A stretch of DNA of 64,000 nucleotides, taken from assembly GCA_041650755.1 (NCBI GenBank), contig JBAZKN010000001.1, positions 136,080-200,079 on the forward strand, read 5' to 3'. A program made the position numbers and the translations under genes. The notes under the pieces were generated by a model. The model was given only the letters and a program-made list of their open reading frames with translations. It did not search any database and had not been told where the DNA came from. Below are positions 26,408-37,617 of the stretch, in pieces (position 1 is the first letter of the stretch; the number at the start of each line of letters is the position of its first letter). This DNA comes from Patescibacteria group bacterium (GTDB taxonomy: Bacteria > Patescibacteriota > Patescibacteriia > UBA1558 > GWA2-36-10).

Positions 26408-27241
26408 TCACTTAAAAAAGATTTTATCGGCAAACCTAACATCAATATAACTGATATCTGTGCCACTAATGTTCCCTGCTGTCAGGACATTATAAAGATT
26501 ATCCATCTGCTGGGCTATATCCCCCTGACCATCCAACTTTACATAATAACCTCGGTCGGTCTGCAGCTCCAGCTGACGCCAATCATCTGTAATGACTATG
26601 CCCAACAAAGCGGCCCTGGAGGCAATTTTTGCCTGCCAAATCTCAGAAATGCTCTGAATAGCCATTAGTTCGTCAGACCTAAAAACGTCTTGATTTTCGG
26701 CTGGTTTATAACTGCGCCGGTCATCTAAAACTAAATGCTTATTATCATTGGCCTCTATTTGGCGATTTAAGGCCCCTTTGGCGTCCATTAGGTAATATGT
26801 ACCATCTTTCTGCCAAATAAATTGAGAAGTTTTTTCTTTGAGCACAATCTCCAGACTATTGGGAAATTTTTTCTTGACTGTGACTGCACTAAGATTATAT
26901 TGCTGACCCAAAGCATCGGCCAACGCATCACTAGATGCTAAAAAATAATTATCATTCTTAAAAATAAGATATTTATGAGTATGCAGCTTGCTGGCCACCA
27001 ATAATTTGACTTCCTGCGGGTCAATATCCTGATTGCCGGAAACATTTATATTTTTAATCTGTAAAAATGGCAATTGAAAAATACTTTGCCCCAATAATAA
27101 AATTGCGATCAGCCAGATAATTCTAATCAGGCGCTGTCGCCGTTTTTTTTGATATTCACCATAATAACTGCCATATAGGCGTTGCGGCCTATTGGGCACG
27201 TGGCGCTGCCAATTTTTATGAGTTTTAATCCGGCCAATCAT
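26408..27241 (-). CDS. ftsQ: Cell division protein FtsQ/DivIB-like
   Basis: TM followed by POTRA (IKNINVSGN, KKFPNSL), C-terminal YIDVRF. Confidence 0.8.
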   Translation of the reverse strand: MIGRIKTHKNWQRHVPNRPQRLYGSYYGEYQKKRRQRLIRIIWLIAILLLGQSIFQLPFLQIKNINVSGNQDIDPQEVKLLVASKLHTHKYLIFKNDNYFLASSDALADALGQQYNLSAVTVKKKFPNSLEIVLKEKTSQFIWQKDGTYYLMDAKGALNRQIEANDNKHLVLDDRRSYKPAENQDVFRSDELMAIQSISEIWQAKIASRAALLGIVITDDWRQLELQTDRGYYVKLDGQGDIAQQMDNLYNVLTAGNISGTDISYIDVRFADKIFFK

Positions 27242-27289
27242 ACTCTCTCCTCCACCAGAGCATTAGATATTATGTGTCGTATTATATTA

Positions 27290-28402
27290 CTAAATTATTA
27301 TCCGCTCAATATTTTGATTTAGTCTGGCAACAATTTCATAATTAATAGTTTGCGCCCAGACAGCCAGCTCTTCAGCGCTAATTCTATCCTTGCCAAAACC
27401 GCCCAGTAGCACCACCTCTTCCCCCAAGGTCAGATCCAGATCAATCGGCACTTCAACCATCATCAGGTTCATGCAAATATTGCCGCGCACCGGATAACGC
27501 TTGTCTCTGATCAGAACTTGGCCATGATTTGACAGCAGGCGGCTATAGCCCTCATAATATCCGACTGGCAAAACTGCCAACTGACAATCCTGCTCACAAA
27601 ACCAGGTACGATTATAGCCCACGCTTTCGCCAGCTCTTATCTTTTTTAGCTGAATTATTTTGGTAGTCCAAGCCAAAACTGGCCGCAAATCTATGCCTAA
27701 GTCTTGTCCGCGCTTTCTAGTCGGCTCTGATGGCCACAGCCCATATAGCGATAAACCCAGACGGATGATATCCATCTGCGCCTCTCTTAGGCTGACGGCC
27801 GCGGCTGAACAGGCAATGTGCCGTTTTACTTGGGGAAAATTCTTGGCCAAATCTGCTAGAGCTCTCACCTGCTCTTTAGAAAAATGCAAGTCTTCTGATT
27901 CTGATTCTGCCAGATGACTATAAATACTAAACAATTTTAAATTGGCTTGCTGTAAAACAAAATTGATTAGTTCTTCCGCCTCCTCTAGCCTTACCCCCAA
28001 GCGGGACGTGCCGGTATCAATCTTTATATTCACGGTCAAGGTCTGACCCAATAAGCTAGCCTGTGCCTGCAAGTACTGAGCAGTTGCCAAATCATAAATC
28101 GGCAAATAAATATTTTTGGCAATAGCTACTCGGACAGGTTCCGGATCAGCTACAAAATAGCTCAAAACCATGATTGGTTTTTTGGTCAAAACTCGAACTT
28201 GTAGAGCTTCGTCAAAATTCACCACCAAGAAACCTCTACAATCTTCTGCATAGTTTAAAATACTCACTACTTCTTTGAGGCCGTGCCCATAGGCGTTACT
28301 TTTGACTACCGGCCAAAACTGGCTATGGGGCGCTATATTTTTAAATTGCTGTAAATTGTGTAGTAAGCTCTGTTTGTTTATCTGCAAGCGGCTAGCGGAC
28401 AT
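27290..28402 (-). CDS. alr: Alanine racemase
   Basis: VVKSNAYGHG, KIDTGTSRLG, VGYYEGY, GNICMN, TINYE. Confidence 0.95.
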   Translation of the reverse strand: MSASRLQINKQSLLHNLQQFKNIAPHSQFWPVVKSNAYGHGLKEVVSILNYAEDCRGFLVVNFDEALQVRVLTKKPIMVLSYFVADPEPVRVAIAKNIYLPIYDLATAQYLQAQASLLGQTLTVNIKIDTGTSRLGVRLEEAEELINFVLQQANLKLFSIYSHLAESESEDLHFSKEQVRALADLAKNFPQVKRHIACSAAAVSLREAQMDIIRLGLSLYGLWPSEPTRKRGQDLGIDLRPVLAWTTKIIQLKKIRAGESVGYNRTWFCEQDCQLAVLPVGYYEGYSRLLSNHGQVLIRDKRYPVRGNICMNLMMVEVPIDLDLTLGEEVVLLGGFGKDRISAEELAVWAQTINYEIVARLNQNIERIII

Positions 28403-29646
28403 TATTTTTTCTTTATTTCAGTAAAATGCAGATAGGATTTTAAAACTTTAGGCATGCGTATTGAGCCTTCTTTGGTTTGATAATTTTCCATCAAGGCAAT
28501 TATAGTCCTGCCCATAGCCATAGCTGTACCATTGAGCGTATGGCAATAATCTTTTTTATCGCCGTTTTTGTACTTGATGTTGAGCCGGCGACTCTGATAA
28601 TCGGTGGTATTGGAACAAGAGGTTATCTCTCGATAACAATTTTGTCCGGGCAACCAGGCCTCGATATCATATTTTTTGGCAGCCACCGGACCCAAATCAC
28701 CGCTGCAGATATTGACCACATGATAAGGCAGATCCAGCTCCTGATAAATCTCCTCCTCAATGGATAACAATTCTTGGTGCATCTCCTCGCTCTCCTCCGG
28801 CTTCACTAAAGCTACCATTTCTATTTTATCAAATTGATGACCGCGCAAGATGCCTTTGGTGTCTTTGCCATAGCTACCAGCCTCCCGACGAAAACAGGTG
28901 GAAAAGGCAAAATATTTTTTGGGCTTGCTAAGATCTAAAACCTGATTGGCATGATAGCTAATCAAAGGTACTTCAGCGGTGCCAATCAAATACAAGTCGT
29001 CCTCGCCGGGATTGACTTTATAGATCTCGTTTTTCTCTGCTGGGAAAAAACCCGTACCAAACATGGCCGGCTCTTTGACCAGTTGCGGGACGCTCAAGGC
29101 TTTGAATCCTTTTTTTATTAATTTATTGAAAAGATAATGAATCAAAGCCATTTCTAATTCCACCAGCTCATTTTTTAAATACCAGAATCTGGCTCCGGAA
29201 ACTTGCGCGCCCTGCTCAATATCAAGCAAATCAAGGCTGGTCCCCAGCTCCACATGATCTAAGGCGGGAAATCCTAAGTTTGTCATTTCGCCGACAATCC
29301 GCTCTACTTTATTATCTGCTTCAGAGGCGCCAATCGGCGTATCATGGCTATTGATATTTGGCAATTGATAAAGCAAAGCATTGAGCTCGTCTTCGACCAC
29401 TTTGAGATCTAATTCTAAATTTTTTATCTCATCCCCTACTGCTCTAAATTTGGCTATCAGGTCGGGAGTCGGCTTGGCCTTGGAACCGCTCTTGAGCTGG
29501 CGTCGTTTTTCTTCTATTGCCTGAAGCAAATCTTTTTGGCGTTCATATAATGCCAGTAGCTGATCAATATCAACCTTGAAACCGCGGCTGGCTGTATTTT
29601 TCTTTACTAAATCTATGTTGTCTTTAACAAATTTTATATCTAGCAT
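28402..29646 (-). CDS. serS: Serine--tRNA ligase
   Basis: MLDIK, GTAEV, FRREAG, HTLNGT. Confidence 0.98.
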   Translation of the reverse strand: MLDIKFVKDNIDLVKKNTASRGFKVDIDQLLALYERQKDLLQAIEEKRRQLKSGSKAKPTPDLIAKFRAVGDEIKNLELDLKVVEDELNALLYQLPNINSHDTPIGASEADNKVERIVGEMTNLGFPALDHVELGTSLDLLDIEQGAQVSGARFWYLKNELVELEMALIHYLFNKLIKKGFKALSVPQLVKEPAMFGTGFFPAEKNEIYKVNPGEDDLYLIGTAEVPLISYHANQVLDLSKPKKYFAFSTCFRREAGSYGKDTKGILRGHQFDKIEMVALVKPEESEEMHQELLSIEEEIYQELDLPYHVVNICSGDLGPVAAKKYDIEAWLPGQNCYREITSCSNTTDYQSRRLNIKYKNGDKKDYCHTLNGTAMAMGRTIIALMENYQTKEGSIRMPKVLKSYLHFTEIKKK

Positions 29647-29650
29647 ATAT

Positions 29651-31144
29651 TTATTTACCTTTTGGTCTCATGGTGGGAAATAAAATTACTTCTTTGACAT
29701 TTTCCTGGTCGGTCAAAAGCATTACCAAGCGGTCAATGCCTAGGCCCAGGCCAGCTGTCGGCGGCATGCCGTGCTTTAAGGCTTCAACAAAATCGGCATC
29801 AGCACCAAAGGCCTCATCGTCCCCTGCTTTGCGCAAACGGGATTGCTCTTTGAATCTGGCTTCCTGATCCATAGGATCATTGAGCTCGGAAAAAGCGTTG
29901 CAAATTTCCGCTCCTTTGACCACCAGCTGAAACCTTTCTACATAATTCTGTCTATCGGGCAAGCGCTTGGCTAGCGGCGACAACTCCAATGGATGATTGA
30001 TAATAAAGGTGGGTTTGACAATATTTTTGCGTACAAATTTTTTGTACAATTCGTCCAAAAGCTTTCCCCTGCCCCAAGATTTGTCCACGGCAATTTGCGC
30101 TTGTTTGGCTAACTTTTGCAGGGTTTCATAGCTGGATTTATCAATGTCGTGTTTAATGGCTTGGTTGAGCGCTTGTCTGAAATCAAGGCGCGGATAGGGC
30201 GGCTTGAAATCCAAAACATCGTGGCCGTTTTTTATCTTTAAGCTACCATGATTTATATTTTTGACCAGCCAAGACAAATATTTTTCTATAAAGGTCATCA
30301 AAAACTGATAATCCTTGTAGGCCCAATAAGCCTCTACTTGGGTAAACTCTGGATTATGTTGATGATCTATGCCCTCATTACGAAAACATCTGCCCAATTC
30401 ATAAACCTGTTCATAGCCACCAATTATTAAGCGCTTCAAATAAAGCTCTGGTGCAACCCGCAAATATAGATCCATCTTGAGAGTCTGATGATGAGTGACA
30501 AATGGTTTGGCAGCCGCCCCACCGGCTACAGTCTGCAAAATCGGAGTGTCCACTTCGATAAAACCCTGCTCATCAAACCATTGGCGCGTAAGTTTTATAA
30601 TTTGGCTGCGCTGCAAAAAAACTTTTTTAATAGCTGGATTAACCAAAATATCCAGGTGCCGCTTGCGATAACGCAGATCAGCATCTTTGAGGCCATAATA
30701 TTCGTCTGGCAAAGACAACAAAGTTTTTGCCAAAATCTTTATTGATACGGCCATCAGCGTAGGCTCTTTGGTCTTAGTCAAAAAAGCTGTACCAGATAAT
30801 TCTACGAAATCCCCCTGATCAAAATTATTTTTAAACAAACTATAATTTTTTTCACCCACCACATCTTTGCGCAACCAAATCTGAACCTTACCATTAGCAT
30901 CGCTTAGGTGCATAAAGCAAGAACCACCCTGTAACCTGATACTCAACAACCGGCCATGCAAAATTACTTTTTTCTTATTTTTCAATAACTGCTTAAATTG
31001 GGACAAAAAATCCGCTGTACTCAAACTAGGCTTAGTTTGACTGGGATAAGGATCGACTTTAGCTAAACGCAAATTTTTGAGCTTACTGGCACGCTGTTGG
31101 TATTCATCGTTGATATCAAGCGCTGGTTTGGCTTTGGATTGCAT
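29651..31144 (-). CDS. lysS: Lysine--tRNA ligase (class II)
   Basis: GGAAAKPF, FRNEGID..HNPEFT, GMPPTAGLGLGIDRL. Confidence 0.98.
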   Translation of the reverse strand: MQSKAKPALDINDEYQQRASKLKNLRLAKVDPYPSQTKPSLSTADFLSQFKQLLKNKKKVILHGRLLSIRLQGGSCFMHLSDANGKVQIWLRKDVVGEKNYSLFKNNFDQGDFVELSGTAFLTKTKEPTLMAVSIKILAKTLLSLPDEYYGLKDADLRYRKRHLDILVNPAIKKVFLQRSQIIKLTRQWFDEQGFIEVDTPILQTVAGGAAAKPFVTHHQTLKMDLYLRVAPELYLKRLIIGGYEQVYELGRCFRNEGIDHQHNPEFTQVEAYWAYKDYQFLMTFIEKYLSWLVKNINHGSLKIKNGHDVLDFKPPYPRLDFRQALNQAIKHDIDKSSYETLQKLAKQAQIAVDKSWGRGKLLDELYKKFVRKNIVKPTFIINHPLELSPLAKRLPDRQNYVERFQLVVKGAEICNAFSELNDPMDQEARFKEQSRLRKAGDDEAFGADADFVEALKHGMPPTAGLGLGIDRLVMLLTDQENVKEVILFPTMRPKGK

Positions 31145-31255
31145 AATTTCACAAATAAAATAATTTATAGCTTTGGCTAAGTTAACTTAATCATAACTAA
31201 TTTTAGCCCAAAAAGCAAGAAAAAATCCTTATTTTACCGATCTAGCCAAGGCAGA

Positions 31256-32062
31256 TTAACCAACTTTTGGCAAGCTTTGGCCTCTGAATTTCCATAAGTA
31301 TTTGGCAAAGCTGACAATGTGGTGGCGAGCAGATTTATTGAATAAACTTTTGGGTAAATTATCAGCAGCTGACTGACGGCGATGCAGGTGGATCACTTCT
31401 GCCCGGCCTATGTAGGCCACTTTATAACCAGCCTGCCAAAAACGCCGCGACCAATCCAGATCTTCCATATACATAAAATATCGTTCATCAAGCAAACCAA
31501 CCCTATCCAATGCTTGCCTACGAATAAGTAAACAGGCGCCAAACAAAGCTGGCACAAAAACGTTTTGCAGGTGATCAAGGTCTTTCATTAAATATTTGTC
31601 CAGCCAGATTTGACCGCCAGATCTTTCACCAAAAGGAGTACGGCGGTAAATAGGTAAGCGCCAATCCGGAAAAGTAGTGCAAGAATATTGAATGCTCTTA
31701 TCGGCATTGACTAAACGTGGACCGGATAAACCCACTTCCGGATGCTGCTCCAGATAATCATACATGGTTTGAATAGCTGGCGATAAAAAAGCCAAATCGG
31801 GATTGCATAATAAAATATATTTCCCCTGGGCTCTCTTCATGCCTAGATTATTACCATAAGCAAAACCGCCGTTAAACTGGCTTTGAATAAATTTGACTTG
31901 GGGAAATTGCTTGGCCACAATCTCTGCCAAACCATCGTATGAAGCATTATCTACCACGATTACTTCAAAATCATAGGGCAGGTGTAGATCAAATAAATTA
32001 TCCAATAGCTCCTTGGTCAGATTTTTATTGCGATAATTCAAAATAATAATTGACAAATCCAT
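31256..32062 (-). CDS. Glycosyltransferase family 2
   Basis: VVDNAS, NPD, YFMYMEDLD. Confidence 0.9.
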   Translation of the reverse strand: MDLSIIILNYRNKNLTKELLDNLFDLHLPYDFEVIVVDNASYDGLAEIVAKQFPQVKFIQSQFNGGFAYGNNLGMKRAQGKYILLCNPDLAFLSPAIQTMYDYLEQHPEVGLSGPRLVNADKSIQYSCTTFPDWRLPIYRRTPFGERSGGQIWLDKYLMKDLDHLQNVFVPALFGACLLIRRQALDRVGLLDERYFMYMEDLDWSRRFWQAGYKVAYIGRAEVIHLHRRQSAADNLPKSLFNKSARHHIVSFAKYLWKFRGQSLPKVG

Positions 32063-32065
32063 AAT

Positions 32066-33061
32066 TTATCTAAACCATTGATAAATATCGCCGGCCTTGA
32101 GGCGGCTATATTTATGAATAAAGCGTCTTTTTTTGGTCATAATCGGTATCAGCCTGATAAATTCACCTAAACCCGTTAAAGTACTGGGCTCAAAAATCAA
32201 CAAATAAATAAACTTCTTTATTTCATACCAGGCTATCTGCCAAAAATCTCGCCAGTTGTTCCGGCAAAAAGAATTTTTGTATAATAGGCAAAAATGATTG
32301 CGATAAGACATTTTGCTGGCCAAACCCCGATACTGCCGGCGCTGCCTCAGCGATTGCCGACCAGACAAGCTGCGATGATGGTAAGCCTTGGTTTTTGGTT
32401 CAAGCCAATTTTCCCAAGCCGCAAGAAGCAAGCGCCAAGCCAAATCAACATCTTCTTTGTAAGCAAAAAAATCTTCATCAAAATATTCTGACTCATTATG
32501 CCCGCGTACCCACTTCACGCTCTCTAGAGCCTGCCGGCGATAAAGCGTGGCCACAGCAGATAAACCAAACACTGCCTGCCTGGGTACTTCCCTATCCTCT
32601 TCTCCTTGGGCAATATCTTTGGCTTCGCGTTGACGATTTATTTTTAATCCCAAGGAATCTATAATATTTGTCTTTTTGTGCTCGGCAAAATCCCAATGCA
32701 AAACTTTGCCGGCCACACTGGCAGCCTCGCTGTGTTGATCCAAAAACTTGACCAAAGTCTGTATATAGTCCGGCTCCAAAATCACATCCTGGTTTAAGAC
32801 CAAAACATAATCTGATTTTGACCACTTGATCAAGAGATTGTGCCCTTTGGCAAAACCCAAATTTTGCTTTTGTTTTATAATAGTAGCTTGAGGGAAATAT
32901 TCCTCCACCACAGCCACCGAATTATCATAAGAAGCATTATCCAAAACCAACAATTCCCAATCTTTATAAATCTGATCGTGCAAACTATTTAAAAGCATGG
33001 GCAAATATTTGGCGCCGTTCCAGGTCAATAAACTAATGGTTAATTTTGACTTATCACTCAT
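32066..33061 (-). CDS. Glycosyltransferase family 2
   Basis: VLDNAS, LNQD, YKEDVDLAWR. Confidence 0.9.
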   Translation of the reverse strand: MSDKSKLTISLLTWNGAKYLPMLLNSLHDQIYKDWELLVLDNASYDNSVAVVEEYFPQATIIKQKQNLGFAKGHNLLIKWSKSDYVLVLNQDVILEPDYIQTLVKFLDQHSEAASVAGKVLHWDFAEHKKTNIIDSLGLKINRQREAKDIAQGEEDREVPRQAVFGLSAVATLYRRQALESVKWVRGHNESEYFDEDFFAYKEDVDLAWRLLLAAWENWLEPKTKAYHHRSLSGRQSLRQRRQYRGLASKMSYRNHFCLLYKNSFCRNNWRDFWQIAWYEIKKFIYLLIFEPSTLTGLGEFIRLIPIMTKKRRFIHKYSRLKAGDIYQWFR

Positions 33062-34500
33062 ATAGCTGCTGTTTGATTACTTGGCCCCCGACCAATTATC
33101 ACCGTTATAAGCATCAAGATGCCCAAGCCTAAGGGGTGGTTTAAATATGGGCTAAAAACATGGATTAAAACAAGCCCAAATAAAACAGCCAAACATACCA
33201 AATAATCCAAATTTTGTTTAATTATAGCATAAGCTCGCCAGTATATTAAAATCAGCCACCACAATACCCCAAAGACCAGGATAATACCGCCCTTAATAAA
33301 CATATCCAGCCAACCCCACTCAAAAGCATGGGTAGTGGTGATGCCGCTGGGGTTAGCGGCGTTTTTTATTCTGGGATCGCTAGAATAATAAGTCAAACTA
33401 TAGCCAAAACCATGGCCAAAAACCGGTGCCTGAGAAATCGCCTTAAGCATTGGCGAAAGCAATGCCTGACGACTAGAAATGCCCGGCTCTTGACCTGAAA
33501 AAGAACGGAACCCAAAAATATTGACTGTATGATACTTTGGCACATTGTACAAAAGTAAAACAAGACTGAAGCTAATAATCGCCACCAAAACCACCACTCG
33601 CCAAAACCGGCCAGTCAATATTTTTTTGTTAAACAGCAAAATATTAATAAACAAAAACACAAAAGCAGCCGCTCCACCCAGCCAAAAACTGCGCGACAGA
33701 CTAAGCAGCAAAGCAGCGGAAAATAAGACCAAATAAAATATGTTTTTTATTCTGCCGGGAAAATTGATTTCCTGCCACCAAACCAGTAGCCACGCCAAAA
33801 TAAGATATATTTGCGACTGACTAAAAATACGATAAAAATTATCCGGTAAGGGAGTGATCTCGCCCCAACGTGTATCACGCAGCCATTTATAAAAATCTAT
33901 CAGCTGGATATAATTGCCTTGAGAAAAAACATAAAAAACCATCAAAGTCTTGACTGCCAAAAAAGCCGACGTAATTTTCAACAAACGCCAAATATCAGCC
34001 TTGTATCGGCTATCATATACCTGCCACCAGATCGGCAGATATAATAAATAAAAATAAGCGTTGGCATCATATAAAATATTTGGCAGCGGCCGTTGGTAAT
34101 AGAAAGCCAACAATATGTCAGCTAATATAATAACAAAAAATATTAATAAGCCATACCAAATTTTACGATCCTTAATAATTTTTAAGGTAAATTTCCGGCT
34201 AAGCAAATTAATCGAAAACCAAAGCAAAATTACTAGCCAGATCACTAAGCGCAAATTAAAAAATCCATAACTAAAACTATGCCCCATTGCCCCCCAAACT
34301 AGCTCTATCAAAGGCAAATATAGGGCATAAATTGCTTTTCTGTTTATCAGATAAAAAGTCAGGCCAACTAGCAACAATAAAATAATAATATTCAAAAACG
34401 GCCAGTGCCAAGCCGGGACGGTCAATAATTCCAAGGCCAGTAGAGACAAAAAAATCTTAATGCTAGAAGGCAGTCGGTTTATTCTTGAAAGCCAAAACAT
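33058..34500 (-). CDS. O-antigen ligase/polymerase-like membrane protein
   Basis: Multi-TM, LSLSRSFW, PVFGHGFG, periplasmic H. Confidence 0.75.
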   Translation of the reverse strand: MFWLSRINRLPSSIKIFLSLLALELLTVPAWHWPFLNIIILLLLVGLTFYLINRKAIYALYLPLIELVWGAMGHSFSYGFFNLRLVIWLVILLWFSINLLSRKFTLKIIKDRKIWYGLLIFFVIILADILLAFYYQRPLPNILYDANAYFYLLYLPIWWQVYDSRYKADIWRLLKITSAFLAVKTLMVFYVFSQGNYIQLIDFYKWLRDTRWGEITPLPDNFYRIFSQSQIYLILAWLLVWWQEINFPGRIKNIFYLVLFSAALLLSLSRSFWLGGAAAFVFLFINILLFNKKILTGRFWRVVVLVAIISFSLVLLLYNVPKYHTVNIFGFRSFSGQEPGISSRQALLSPMLKAISQAPVFGHGFGYSLTYYSSDPRIKNAANPSGITTTHAFEWGWLDMFIKGGIILVFGVLWWLILIYWRAYAIIKQNLDYLVCLAVLFGLVLIHVFSPYLNHPLGLGILMLITVIIGRGPSNQTAAI

Positions 34501-35338
34501 AAATAATAGTTAAGCATAAATTGATTGGCACCAGCAAAGTAAGTACCAGAGCCTGATACCAGGGCCTATTTTTCCAAAAATAATAAACTAGGCTGCGGTC
34601 AAAAATCCATTGCTTGCCCAAAGAGTTTGCCAATTTGAAACTGGCGCCACCATGATGGATGATCTGCAGTTGCGGCACGTATCTGATGTCAAGGCCCGCT
34701 TTTTTTACTCGATAGCACAAATCAACTTCTTCAAACCAGACAAAAAAATGCTCATCAAACAACCCGATTTTATCAAATAAATCTCGCCGGCAGATCATAG
34801 CCGCGCCCATAATCTGATCCACTGATTGCTCACGACTATAGTCAAAGTCAGCTGCCAAATAATTGGCTAAATATTTGTGCTGGGGCAGGATATTTTTTAA
34901 TTTAAATAAAATCAAAATCTGCGACTTGAGATCAGGCAAGCGACGGATGGAGGCTTGCGGGGAACCATCCGGATTCAATAACTTTGGCCCCAATAAAGAA
35001 ACTTCCGAGTGCTCCTGAAAATACTTTAAAACACCGGGGAAAAAATTTGGCATAAGCTCTGTGTCTGGATTCAACAAGCAAATAATCTCACCGGCCGCTT
35101 GCTTAATGGCTAGATTAGTAGCTTTGGCAAAACCACAATTTTTATCCAAACCGACAAATTTGACATCGGGGAAATCCATCATCAGCATCTCTGCCAGATT
35201 ATCCCGAGAATCATTGTCCACTACAATAATTTCTATATTGATGCCGTCCGAATAAGCCAAAATACTTTTTAGGCATTGCTCTACCAAGCGGCGCACCCGC
35301 CAATTGACGATAATAACGGAAATTTCTGGCTTCAGCAT
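34463..35338 (-). CDS. Glycosyltransferase family 2
   Basis: VVDNDS, LLNPD, FEEVDLC. Confidence 0.9.
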   Translation of the reverse strand: MLKPEISVIIVNWRVRRLVEQCLKSILAYSDGINIEIIVVDNDSRDNLAEMLMMDFPDVKFVGLDKNCGFAKATNLAIKQAAGEIICLLNPDTELMPNFFPGVLKYFQEHSEVSLLGPKLLNPDGSPQASIRRLPDLKSQILILFKLKNILPQHKYLANYLAADFDYSREQSVDQIMGAAMICRRDLFDKIGLFDEHFFVWFEEVDLCYRVKKAGLDIRYVPQLQIIHHGGASFKLANSLGKQWIFDRSLVYYFWKNRPWYQALVLTLLVPINLCLTIIYVLAFKNKPTAF

Positions 35339-35342
35339 AAAA

Positions 35343-36512
35343 CTAATTTAATTTATTATTAATCAGCTCCAGCATCTTATTGACAGTATTGAGCCAAGAA
35401 TATTTTTTGACAAAATCTTGACGAGCTGCCTCTTGCTGAGGGTCATCAGCCTGCAGGGCTTCATTTACCAATTTATTAAATTCTTCATAGGTTTTGCCTA
35501 CTTTGATGATTTTATCCAAATTTTCCGTGCCAACATTGGCGGTAGACACCACCGGCTTGCCGCAGGCCAAATACTCATATATTTTCATGGGATTGGTGCT
35601 GGCAGAAAAATCGCTGCTCTTATGGGGCACAATGCCCAGATCAAACTGTTGGATATACATCGGAGCTTCGGCATAGGTTTTGTAACCCAAAAAATGAACA
35701 TTGGCATAGTTTGCCAATCTAGTCCTAGACGGATCCTGCTCGTCCCAAACCGGGCCGACCATAACAATTGATTTGTCTGGATTATTTTTAGCCAAAAATT
35801 CAACTAAGTCCAGATCAACTTTTTCCTGAATAACCCCGATATAGCCAATAATCGGCTTTTTGATGTCGGCGATGTCGCGATTCAGCAAAGCAAAATTTTG
35901 ATTATAGTGCAAAAGATCTACTCCATTTGGTATCCAATAAACATTTGCTTGGTCTTCAAAAAAATTAAGCAAATTTTTGGATACCGTAAAAATCAGGTCT
36001 GCTTGGCTTTTGATTATTTCATAGGACCTTTTCAGGCGCTCCTGCTGTTTTTGATAAGAGGAATGCAAAAGCCAGTTGTCCACTGCATCGAAAACTATTA
36101 ATTTCTGGCCCATTTTTTGCCAATAAGGGGCAATAAAAGGGAAAAATGACCACAAGACATAATCGCCAAAATTAAGCTCTATGGCTAATTTCCTAATCTG
36201 CTTCATGGTCCGATTTGGTCGCCAGAACCAATTAATATCAGTATAAACATACAGCTTTTCTGATACTTTGGTCAGCTTACTGCCCAGACGCCGCCGCACC
36301 ACTTCGCCTTCTTTTAAATTTAAAACTAAGTCTTCCTTGTAGATGCGCAAGGCGCGTTTCATGGTCAGGGGCAAATAATCAATTGCCAAAATTTTGCCAA
36401 TTTCCGGACAAGCTTGCAACTGGCGCAAAACATGATAATTACGATTTGATACGCCCTCCTCCCATTCAGAATAATTGGACATATTAAACATCACCACATC
36501 AAATTGCTTCAT
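35343..36512 (-). CDS. GT-B glycosyltransferase (TuaH-like)
   Basis: IPNGVD, PIIGYIG, NPMKIYEYLACGKPVV. Confidence 0.88.
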   Translation of the reverse strand: MKQFDVVMFNMSNYSEWEEGVSNRNYHVLRQLQACPEIGKILAIDYLPLTMKRALRIYKEDLVLNLKEGEVVRRRLGSKLTKVSEKLYVYTDINWFWRPNRTMKQIRKLAIELNFGDYVLWSFFPFIAPYWQKMGQKLIVFDAVDNWLLHSSYQKQQERLKRSYEIIKSQADLIFTVSKNLLNFFEDQANVYWIPNGVDLLHYNQNFALLNRDIADIKKPIIGYIGVIQEKVDLDLVEFLAKNNPDKSIVMVGPVWDEQDPSRTRLANYANVHFLGYKTYAEAPMYIQQFDLGIVPHKSSDFSASTNPMKIYEYLACGKPVVSTANVGTENLDKIIKVGKTYEEFNKLVNEALQADDPQQEAARQDFVKKYSWLNTVNKMLELINNKLN

Positions 36513-36516
36513 ATTT

Positions 36517-37617
36517 TTATAAAATATCTTTTAGTTTTTTACTTTGCTCGACATCGCTCAAAAAATCACGACTGCGCAACCGAGCTTGTTCACCCAATTT
36601 TTTGGCTAGTTCGGCATTGCCCAAAATAGTGGTCAAGGCTAATTTTAACTGGGCCAAGCTATCGCTGTCAACTAGCAGAGCGCTTTGTTTATCAGTCAGA
36701 ATTTCCAGCACTCCTCCGCTCTTACCGGCAATAATCGGCAGGCCATATTGGGCTGCTTCCAAAAAAACCATGCCAAAACCCTCAACATCAGCTGCTCGAT
36801 AGCGGTTGGGCAGAACAAAAATATCAGCCAATCCATAAACTGCTGCTAATGCTTGATCGGAAATTTCACTACAAAAAATTATCTGCTGATCTAATTTTTT
36901 TTGAGCCACTAGCTGCTTCAAACTAGCCAATCCATATCCTTGGCCGACTATCAAATATTTTACATCCGTCCTCTTGAGATCAGCTAGGGCTCTGATCACC
37001 AAATCATGTCCTTTGCGGTAAACCAAGCGCCCGACTGTCAACAAAATTCTATCACTACTTTTAATGTGATATTTTTCTTTTAGCTGACTTTGGAGCTGGA
37101 CATCGGGTTTGGGCAAAACAGCCACACTAGGATAAATGACAATTATTTTTTCTGGTGACAAATTCAAGCCCTGTATTAAACTGGCGGTGTATTTGGTGTT
37201 AACTATTATCTTATCGGCTGCAGCCAAAATACTCTTAGCCAGCTTTGGCTTATGTTTCAAGGCCAAATTGATATCCAGACCATGCAGAGAAACAATATAA
37301 GGAATTTTATAAAGCTTATAAAACATATAAGCTATTGTGCCTAAGGGCAAAATATTGGGTGTAAAAATCTGCTCTATTTTATTCTGGCGGATAATTTTTC
37401 TCAGTCTAAAGAAAGCCAACAGCCAGCTGGGCCAGATCAGATTATCTTTTAGCTGTAGATGAATAATATTGGCTCGACTGACAACCTGGGGATGATCACA
37501 GACTACTAGATAATCCGTGGTAGGAAAATACTTGAATAAATTATAACAATAGCGGGCTACACCGCCGGCAAAAGGATAATATTCATGAGTCAATAACAAA
37601 GTCTTACGCATCCCCAC
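36517..37617 (-). CDS. Glycosyltransferase family 4
   Basis: GGVARY, VGRL..RKG, EGFGMVFLEAA. Confidence 0.9.
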   Translation of the reverse strand: MGMRKTLLLTHEYYPFAGGVARYCYNLFKYFPTTDYLVVCDHPQVVSRANIIHLQLKDNLIWPSWLLAFFRLRKIIRQNKIEQIFTPNILPLGTIAYMFYKLYKIPYIVSLHGLDINLALKHKPKLAKSILAAADKIIVNTKYTASLIQGLNLSPEKIIVIYPSVAVLPKPDVQLQSQLKEKYHIKSSDRILLTVGRLVYRKGHDLVIRALADLKRTDVKYLIVGQGYGLASLKQLVAQKKLDQQIIFCSEISDQALAAVYGLADIFVLPNRYRAADVEGFGMVFLEAAQYGLPIIAGKSGGVLEILTDKQSALLVDSDSLAQLKLALTTILGNAELAKKLGEQARLRSRDFLSDVEQSKKLKDIL